A DNA stretch of 35,860 nt from Candidatus Omnitrophota bacterium. Lineage in GTDB: Bacteria; Omnitrophota; Gorgyraeia; 2-02-FULL-51-18. Below, in pieces: positions 1 to 8,500 of the stretch. The stretch lies in the NCBI GenBank assembly GCA_016206825.1, contig JACQQY010000113.1, positions 1 to 35,860 of the forward strand, read 5' to 3'. Positions within the stretch are counted from its first letter, which is position 1; each line of letters begins with the position of its first letter. The notes beneath the pieces are model-generated. The model made no database searches, was not told the DNA's origin, and saw only the letters and a program-made list of their open reading frames with translations. A program made the position numbers and the translations under genes.

Positions 1-1
1 C

Positions 2-2428
2 AAGGCGCACATAGGTTTTGTCAAACTTGCTCCTGACACCAGACAAAGCTTCGGCATTCACAGTTTCCTTTTCATGGAATGACTTTATCGCTTCCTCAAA
101 AAAGCCCGCCTCGGTCTCAAAATCGTTCACGGTCTTAACGGTTTCCGCCGTCACCATTCCCACAAGCCCAAGCTGGCGGATGAGGCTTTGAACGACTTCC
201 AACTTGTCTTTCTCGGTCACGGCGGCTCTCGCCTTCCGCAGTTCCGCAAGCCTACTCTCAACGCGGCTGTAAAGAAGCTGGATCTTGTCTCTTTGTTCTA
301 TGGGCGCTTTGGTAAGTTCCTTAGACTCCGCTTTCTCCTTCGCCTCGCGGAAGATCTTCAAAGCCTCTTCGCCCTTTACTATCTCTTTTCTGATTTGGAC
401 CTCTTTTCCGTCAACAAAGACGGCCGTAACGAGAAAGCTTTCCCCGTTGACATTGAAATGAAATAAAAGTTGGTCTTTTCCAGCGTAAACAACCTCCATG
501 GTGTCCGCCACGGCTCCGCCGAGGAGGTAAGAGCGGGCGGCGAGAGAACTTTCCCCCTCCGCTTCCCCCGCCCCCCGCCCCTCCCACAAGGGGAGGGGAG
601 CAATGGAGGAAGCAATTCCTCCCCCCTTGGGACCAGTTCCTCCCCCCTTGTGGGGGAGGTTAGGAGAGGGGGAACCACTTACCTCCTTATATCTTTTCCC
701 ATACAACTCCCTCGCCCGTGCCACTTCCCTCTGCATTCTCTCATTCTTCTCCGCGTCATTCTCATAAGGCGTCTTTTCAATCGCTTTAAACGCCACCTGG
801 GCGAAGAAATGTGCGGTCATCTCGAGTTTTGTCCGCAGGACTTCTTCCGACTCGGCAAACTTCCGGAAGGACGCCTCGGAGTTGGTGATGAGCGTGAGGT
901 AGGGGCGCTTCGCCTTTTTATTGAAGCGCGGAAGAATGACGATATAAGACGTGTGGTTGCCCTTCAAAAGCTCCGTGATGCCTTTGGAGTGAAAGCCGCC
1001 GGTGACGAGGCAAGCGGTCGTTTGGCCGTTTTCCCTCATCTGCTTGACGGTATTGTTGAGGAGAGCCTCATTCCTCTTCTCGGCGGAGTCGTAGAACCGG
1101 ATGGATTCGGGGATGTCGCGGAAGATGGCTTCCAGCTCTCCCCCCTCCCACCAAAACACGCCATATCTCTTACCCTTCTCCTCCAGAAACTTCTTGAACG
1201 TCTCCAACTTAAACTCATCTCGATGCTGGCGATAATAAGCCAACCCGCCGCTTGAGAGCTTCACTTCGAAAAGATCGCGGATCACCTGCGCCTGGCGGAC
1301 CAACTGGTGGAGCTCGCGCTCCTCCTTGCTGCGGAAAAGCCTCTCACGGATTTTCTCCTCGAGCTGGAGGACCTCGTCCTTTAAAGCATCGATGTCGATG
1401 GATTCATAAAGCGTCATGTAGTCGGTGTAGCGGACAAGATGGGGATAGGCGGAAAGGTCGACGCCTTCCGAACGGGCGAGGTCCAAAAGGTAGGAAGAAA
1501 AAGCGCCTTGGGAAATTTTGCCGAGCTTATATGCGACGCTTTCGGCCACAAGCGTCTCAAGCTTTTCCCGCGGGAGAGCTTTGCTCAAGCTTTCCAAAAG
1601 CGCCTCCCGCTCGCGGTTGGCCTTTTCAAAATCGATTCCTTTCTCCGCCGCAATGGAGCCAAGGAGACTGCCGATGTTCGCATACGACGCGTAAGGAATG
1701 CGGTATTTGTCGGCGAAACCGGAGATGATTTTCCAGCGTTCGCTGAACTTGATCCCGTCGTTGTTATTGGAAACGCCGTTTTGATTAAGCTCCCTCAGCT
1801 CCTCCGAGTAAACGGCCTTCTCAAAACGCTCCAAGGCGGCAAGGAGCTTTTCGATCCGCGAGAAATTCTCCTTTTTCTTCTCCAAATTCCGCTTAAAATC
1901 CCTCAGGTTCTCCTCATAAAGCTCGTTGTCGTCCATCCCGTAGACCGCGACTTTGCCGCTCGTCATCGCGGAGAGAAACTCGCCCGCGGAGAGCTTGCCC
2001 GCCTGCATCAAGTAATTGGCGGTATTCCGTTTCATGTCCTCATAAGGGAAAGCCGCAAGCAAAGACGTGTCGATGGGGCCTTCCATTCCCTCAATGCCGA
2101 TGGTTTTGACGTTGTAATTGGCGATCAGGTTCTCAAGGATATGGACAATGGATTCCTGGGCGTTGAAATTGTCGTGGATGTCTTTGACGTTGATGATGGT
2201 TTCTCTACTGCTGGTTTGGTTGGCTTCTTTCACAAGGCCGATATTCTTAGGGACGGAAAAGGAGCGGAGATCCACCTGCGAGGGGGCGCTTAAATCCACA
2301 ACCCCAAACGCCGCCTCTTGGCACAAAAAGGCCGTCGTCACCGCCAACGAAACAAAACGCAAAACGAAGCGCTTCCGGCTTCGTTGGGTTGTTCGAAGCT
2401 TAAGTTGTAAGCCAACACCGTCTCTCAT
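2..2428 (-). CDS. Signal-peptide-bearing protein with an EreA/ChaN/TraB/TIKI-like N-terminal domain, 3'-partial (at least 809 aa); possibly another large protein
   Basis: Manual translation from ATG at 2428 gives MRDGVGLQLKLRTTQRSRKRFVLRFVSLAVTTAFLCQEAAFG..., with no stop down to position 2. It is probably absent from the track because it has no stop in the window. Motifs: NVKDIHDNFNAQ (His 2174-2176), IGIEG (Glu 2090-2092), VYGMDDNELY, FYDSAEKRN (RN 1070-1075), LVTGGFHSKG (GGFH 989-1000), SYIVILP. Confidence 0.93.
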   Translation of the reverse strand, partial: MRDGVGLQLKLRTTQRSRKRFVLRFVSLAVTTAFLCQEAAFGVVDLSAPSQVDLRSFSVPKNIGLVKEANQTSSRETIINVKDIHDNFNAQESIVHILENLIANYNVKTIGIEGMEGPIDTSLLAAFPYEDMKRNTANYLMQAGKLSAGEFLSAMTSGKVAVYGMDDNELYEENLRDFKRNLEKKKENFSRIEKLLAALERFEKAVYSEELRELNQNGVSNNNDGIKFSERWKIISGFADKYRIPYASYANIGSLLGSIAAEKGIDFEKANREREALLESLSKALPREKLETLVAESVAYKLGKISQGAFSSYLLDLARSEGVDLSAYPHLVRYTDYMTLYESIDIDALKDEVLQLEEKIRERLFRSKEERELHQLVRQAQVIRDLFEVKLSSGGLAYYRQHRDEFKLETFKKFLEEKGKRYGVFWWEGGELEAIFRDIPESIRFYDSAEKRNEALLNNTVKQMRENGQTTACLVTGGFHSKGITELLKGNHTSYIVILPRFNKKAKRPYLTLITNSEASFRKFAESEEVLRTKLEMTAHFFAQVAFKAIEKTPYENDAEKNERMQREVARARELYGKRYKEVSGSPSPNLPHKGGGTGPKGGGIASSIAPLPLWEGRGAGEAEGESSLAARSYLLGGAVADTMEVVYAGKDQLLFHFNVNGESFLVTAVFVDGKEVQIRKEIVKGEEALKIFREAKEKAESKELTKAPIEQRDKIQLLYSRVESRLAELRKARAAVTEKDKLEVVQSLIRQLGLVGMVTAETVKTVNDFETEAGFFEEAIKSFHEKETVNAEALSGVRSKFDKTYVRL
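564..673 (-). repeat. GC-rich REP-doublet-like palindromic element, copy A, in frame within CDS 2..2428
   Basis: The reverse complement of 635-673 matches 2448-2486 at 38/39 nt, and that of 567-599 matches 2519-2551 at 30/33 nt. Each arm is a hairpin (CTCCCCC..GGGGGAG; CCCCTCCC..GGGAGGGG). It translates as SPSPNLPHKGGGTGPKGGGIASSIAPLPLWEGRGAG. Confidence 0.88.
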
Positions 2429-2431
2429 GTT

Positions 2432-2448
2432 ACCTCATCCACCTCTTT
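2432..2448 (-). promoter_or_regulatory. Shine-Dalgarno candidate(s) for the gene starting at 2428
   Basis: The minus strand reads AAAGAGGTGGATGAGGTAAC-ATG, with GAGGTG 11 nt and GAGGT 3 nt upstream of the ATG. Confidence 0.6.
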
Positions 2449-2551
2449 CCCCCTCTCCTAACCTCCCCCACGAGGGGGGAGGAACTAACCCAGAAACCCA
2501 ACCATTCCCAACCACTATTCCCCTCCCTTTATGGGAGGGGCGGGGGGAGGG
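2448..2551 (+). repeat. GC-rich REP-doublet-like palindromic element, copy B, intergenic
   Basis: Two hairpin arms in inverted orientation are separated by a 32-nt A/C-rich spacer. The element fills most of the 145-nt gap between the two genes and is inverted relative to copy A. Confidence 0.88.
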
Positions 2552-2573
2552 TGATCTACCTCACTAACCCCTA

Positions 2574-5500
2574 TTAATAATGTATATCCTCCTCCGCCGC
2601 TTCTTCAAAGAGTTTGTCGATGTCCCCTTGGACAGTCTTATTCTGCATGGCGAAGGTCACTTTGCCCTGGTGGGAGGCGATCTCTTTTTGGATGCCTTCT
2701 TTCATTAAGGAAACCTTATCACCGAGCATGGCGGGCAGGACTTCCGCCAGCATGGTCTGGATAGCCGCGCGTTGAACAACCACGACCCCCTGCTCCACGG
2801 CAAAGCGGATACCTTCTCGATTCCGGTCGTGGGTGATAAACCTCATATTCTGCGGCGCGATGCCCCTTGCCTTGGTCATGTCGGTTAGGAGGTTATTGAC
2901 TTCGTCTTTGCTTTCCATCTTGGCGCTGCTGACATAGAGGACATTCCGTCCAGCGAGGGTATTTACCCTGTCGGCAATGCGGCTCAGATTATTTGCCATG
3001 TCTTGCGACTGAGACATGCCTTGATCAACCACAATGGCTTTTGGGGTGACGATATCCCCTTTATATTCTTCCCGAATGAGTCGAAGTTGTCTATTGAACT
3101 GATGGATGGCGTCTTTCGCGGCTTGCTGAGTAGGAGCGGTCGTTAATCCACTGTCCAAAGCGGCTGTCGCTTGCGCGATGGAGTGATCAACGACGGCTGT
3201 AAGAACGGCTGTTTCAACTAGAGTTTTTATCGTCTCATCAGCAATACTTTGAATCCGCCCCTCCGCCTCCTTCGTGTTGGTGATTTCACCCGTGCTCAGT
3301 GAGAAGTCAAGCACAACAGGCTTGTCCAATTCCACCATTGCCGCTGTGGCAAGGTCTTTCACTTCAAGAATAGAGATGCTTGCCAACTTACCTGTTGTAG
3401 GATCCACCTGAGAAGTAAACGTCATCATCCCATCGGCAGAAGTCACCTGAATAGCCACTCCCTTTTCCGCAAACCGCCCGGCCAAACCGAGGAAGGAGGA
3501 GGCATCAGCCACAACAACGTCTCCCACCATTTGATTGATCATCTTGAGTGCGCCCTCAACGTTCGTTTGATCAAGTCCGACGAGTATATCCGCCGGCAAA
3601 ATAACCCCCTCTTCTTCAACCGGGGCGGCAAAACCCAAAAGAAGTGTAACGGGTGTCTTAATGGAAACGGTTTCTCCCAAGTCAGTGGCGACCGTTCCTC
3701 CAAAAGTGATGGAGGTTAGGGTCCCATCTGTAACCGAAGAAGTCATCTCAAGGCCGTTAGCCATAACCAATGTGACACCGGTTCTTGTGACGCCTCCCAC
3801 TTCTCTAAGAAGATTCATGATCCCCGCCGCATCCCCGGCGCTTTGGATCTTACTGGCGGCGTTTATCAGCCTGTCCATTCCCACCGTCACCTCTTCACTG
3901 GTTCCTTCAATAGTCACAGGGGCCTTGAACGAAAAGGGCTTACCCGAAGCCGTTACGACACCGCCGGACAACGAGAGAGAAAGCTTTCCTTCCGAGAAAT
4001 TGACTGTGAGCTCAACACTATTTTTTAACAGACCCGTGACAGATACCCCCAACTCCGCCGAAACGGTTTGTAAGAGGTTAAGAGCCTGGGCGGTGTTCTC
4101 GGTCTTAGATGTTTCGACGATAGCCTGCTCTGCCTTTAATCCTGCCTCGTGGGATTTGGCGTGGAGATCACCAATCATCTTCGATTTGGTCGTATCTTTA
4201 GCAGATTTGTCGATCCAATCTCGGATGGCTTCTCGGGTATTCTGGACACTCAAATCCTGTTTTAAGTCCCTGTTCATGAGTTCATTAGCCTCGGCCATGA
4301 GGTGTTTCACCTCCACCGCCTCATGCTGGGCAAGGGCCTCTAGGGCCGCCTCCTTAGAAACTCCTTTCTCAGCCACAAGCCTTTGCGTATCGATCTCGCC
4401 AATATAAACTTTATCCTTCGTTCTCGCCGCATGGCTGAACTCTTCGCCTTTCACAACGACAATTTCCCTGCCATTCACAATCCTCCCGGTGGACTCCACG
4501 CGGCCTTCGGCATAAGCCGTTGCGATCTTCTCATTCATCTCAGCGTGAGTATACTTGTCCCCTCTTGAACCGATGCCTGCCAAAGCTTCTCGTTCCACTT
4601 TCTGCCCAACTCCTTCCACAATCCTCGCCCCCGCTTCTTTCTCAGCCCCTTCCCTTAGCACGGCCCCGGACTTCCACACATAATTTTCAAAGCCGCGGGC
4701 CAGTAACATCACAAAGAGATTACGCGTCGTTGAGCGGATGGCGGCAAAGCCTTTTTGTTCGATCACCTTATTGAAGGCAGCCCTTGCATCTTCGGCGTTC
4801 TTACTCCGCCAAACCTCGCCAAGCTTGTCGGTCACTTCCACGCCTTTTTGGGCGGCAAATTGAACGAGGCTTTCTCTTGAGAATCCTCCTGAGGTGATTT
4901 GTCTCAAATCCGTCAGAGACAATTGGCTTAGGGCTTCATCGGCCACAAAACCGGACAAGGCCGCCAAACTAAGCTCGAGATTGGCCAACTCGCCCAAACT
5001 CATCGTCGAGTTGAAGTGACTCAGGATAAGTTCCTGATTCTGAACGGACAATCCCTCCACTCCCAAGGCGTTCATAAGAACCTTCAGGTCCTCGACAGGC
5101 GTGTTGGCGGCGTTCATTCCTTGCAGTATCTGCATAGCTTCCACAATAGGCCTCATCTGACCCAGCTTCGCCATGGCGGTCTCATGACTATCTTGTTCGG
5201 TGGGTGTATTCACCGCCACCAGCGCCGCATTCACCGCCGCCGGCGAGGCGCTCCAGTTCCAATCCAGGCCCGCCATTACTCTTTCGGCCTTAGCTTCCAT
5301 AGCCTGGACACCGTCAATCTTGTTGTTGTGGCCTTCGAGAGCTTCTCTCACGAAATATTCCAAGCTCCCCTCCACGGCTTTCTCCGAACCTTCAAATTCC
5401 TTCGAACCTGTCTTCAAAATTTGCCTCATATCAGCCAGTTCTTTATTCGTCGCCCTTAGATCGGTGATGTCCAAGAAATGATGAACGTCTGCCTCCGCTC

Positions 5501-8500
5501 TTCGCTGTTGTTTTTCCACAACCACACCGACACGCTTGGCCTGCTGGATCATGGCGGAGGAGGTGTTGACATCTCCGGTAGTGTACAGCACTTTTTTGAA
5601 ATCGCTCCGCATCTTATCTGCCGTTTGAATAAAGCCGTGCTTACCCACCCCAAAGATGTTGGAACCTGTAACCAGTTCCGCAATCACATGCACTTTGCCG
5701 CCGAACTCGGTTTGTTTCTTACCTTTAACCGCTTCGCCAAACTTCCCCGCATAGACGTTCGGGTTGTCGTAAACGACAACTTCCAACACCTTGCCGCTGG
5801 TATTTCCCGCCCTATAGATCGTTACGCCCTTCCCTTTAGAAACTGAAATCTTCCCACCGGTTCCTGCAAACTCCTTGGCGGCCGCATCGGCTTTCTCATG
5901 AGCCATGTCCCGGGTCGTAGCCGCAACCACGACCAGCTCATCAGACTTCCTATCCTTCGTTGCCTGCCGGATAACGTGTTGAGACAAAAACTTCAACATA
6001 GATGCGTGGCCGTCGAAGACGTGCCATTTGCCGGTGTCGTGGAATTTGCTCGTGCCCAGATCGTAAACCGCGGCGTTCATCATCCGGAGCGTCTGCTTAG
6101 CGCCCTCGATGGTTCCGCTCAATGCAACAAAGATGTCCCTGCCTGTCACGGAACCTTTGCTTAAAACGGTAAGAGCATCAAAGATGCCCACTCCCTTGGC
6201 GCTTGAAGTGCTGAATGAATTGTAAGCTCTCTTTATATTTGCGCCGGCACGAAAAGCAGCGGCAATAGCCTTGAAAGGATCTCCCAGGTGAGTCTTCTCC
6301 ATGGTTTGCCCGGCAAGGTCCTTCAAATCCACTCTCCCGCCCTTGCCGGTTGAGATTCCGCCTGCTTGTCCAACCTTGGTCGTAAGAATATCAACGGCTC
6401 GACTGACATAAGTTTTTAACAAGGTCTCTGCCATTTCCCGTCCGCCCAATTGGGTGATGAGCGCCGCGTTCTCTGGGGACAGTATCTTTTGAATCAAATT
6501 CTCAGCGGCGGGCTTATCCATCTGCATTTCCCGATTGGCGTCATATCCAAAAAGCTCTCTGTTTGTCCTGAACAATTCTCTTATTTGTCCCGATGTTTTC
6601 TCCAAAAGCCTGGTAAACGCATTGGCTGTTGGCTTATCGGTTTTATCCAGCTTCGTGTAGGCATCTTGCAGCGCCCCCATTGTCAGACGAGTGGTTTGGA
6701 AAACGGCTTCCGCTTCATCCACGGTAACCAGGGAGAACCCTTCGAGAAGCTTCTCGTTTGTGTGTTTGATTTCTAAAAGCGTTCTTGCGTCCAAGACAAA
6801 AACCCCGCCTTTATCCCCCTTGGCGGACATCTGGCCGGCATTTTCAATCACATGAATCCCGCTCCCATTCTCCATTAAAAATTTCTCAAGGGCGGCGTAG
6901 GTTTTATTGTTGGTATTTGAATCCTTGTTAACGTTCTGAGGGGTATCCATCAAAATCATCAGTTTCGTGGATCCGATGTCTCTGCCTTTCGCTTTCGCAT
7001 AGAGCAAGAACGCCAATTGCAAGGTCCAAATGGGAATAGTCTTTCCACCGCCTGCAGGGACAGCGATCATTAACATTCCACCAGGACCGGAGGCCAAACC
7101 GGCGTTTGAGAGAGCATAAAGCAAGCCGGAAGCCAGGGCCTTACGCTGATCGCCGCCAAGAGGATTTTCACCCTCTTGCCTGCCTCGCTCTATCGCTTGT
7201 CTCATGGCGGAAACGACTTCGCCCAACGGTCCTTGAAGCGCTTTCCCTGTCTCCACGGCCTCCGCAATCTCATTCACCTGATTTTCAACTTCCCTTTCCA
7301 TTTGACGATACTTCTCCGCCTGCCGGCTTACTTTTTCCGGCGTGATGGACTGGGCCAATTCACTGGTGCCTGTTCTGGCAAGTGTTCTCTCGGTAAAGCT
7401 GAAATCCTTCATCGTATTTTCCATAACGGCCGCCCTTCCATCGCGAGAAAGCTTGCTCAAAACATCTCCTGACTTTGCATCCACTCTTGTCTCATAGACC
7501 CTTATGTACAACTTCCCCAATTCAATCTTATAGAGCAGTGTTTCCCTGCCTAACTCTGTTTTCTCAACCTCGGTAAGGTTGGTCTTGCCCAATTCCTTCG
7601 CCTTTGCCTCACCCGCTTGAAGGGCAATTTGATTCATCCTGGCTCCGTCTCCCTGAGTTATATCGCTCAATCGCGCTTGTGCCTCTTGATGAATTCCTTG
7701 AGCGGCCTGCTTGACTAATGGAGATTCTCTCAACCTTTGTTCTCTAAGCGCCCTCCGCTCGGCGATTCCCTGCTGCAGTTTCCCGGCAGGAGACCACGCC
7801 TGCGGCATCATGAAAAGACCGATCCAGCCCAAGGCACCGATTTCAGACTGGGACAGCCCTGCGCCTTCCTCTTTCAAACCCTTCGGCGGGGCGGCATAGG
7901 TCAACAAAGCATGCAGACCCGTCACAAATCCTGCCATTTGAACGTTGCCCACATACCACCATCCACTCGTTAATTGCTTCACCAGGCTCTGCTGGGCTTC
8001 TCTCCCAGCCGTAGGCGATCCTAATATTCTCACCATCGGTCCCATCCAGAGACCTTGCATCGGACCTTGGATCATACCGGTCACCAAAGTATTTAAAGTA
8101 ATCTTCTGTCCGCCCGCCTCAAATCTTCCGGCAACGAGCCATGTCCAGCCTCCTTCCGCCAGAGTAAACAAGGGCGATACCACAATCCACTCCACACCCC
8201 CCCTGGCGCTTGCCATAAAGAGTGGATTGTTAATGGCAAAGCGCTGTATAGAGGTCATAGGAGCAAGCCCCGCCCGCACTCTCATGACATTCAATCTCTC
8301 AAAAGAAATCCCGCCCCCTCTCAAAACACGGTCGAGCTTTCCTGCCTGATTAAAGCTCCAAACCCGATGACCAATGGTTTGAGCATGACTGATGCCGATC
8401 GCAGAACCCCCGTATCCGGCAACCAACCCCCAAACAAAACCCTGCCCAAAGCTTCTCCCAATGTCCACCCAGTTACGAACGTTTCCACGGAGGAAGTAAT

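Noticed and set aside
379-678. 99-aa minus-strand ORF, and the similar repeat-derived tail of 2118..2567 (+)
   Set aside because: These are alternate-frame translations of the palindromic repeat and overlap the real gene.
188-2293. Plus-strand ORFs 188..466, 470..1255 and 1439..2293
   Set aside because: All are codon-aligned antisense shadows of the minus-strand CDS 2..2428, which has the signal peptide and conserved motifs.
2448-2551. Rho-independent terminator
   Set aside because: Hairpins are present but no U-tract follows on the coding strand; the region is better explained as a dispersed repeat.
5460-7160. Housekeeping secA gene
   Set aside because: It is embedded in a giant ORF, the motifs are degenerate, and there is no recognisable SecA C-terminal region, so no gene symbol was assigned.
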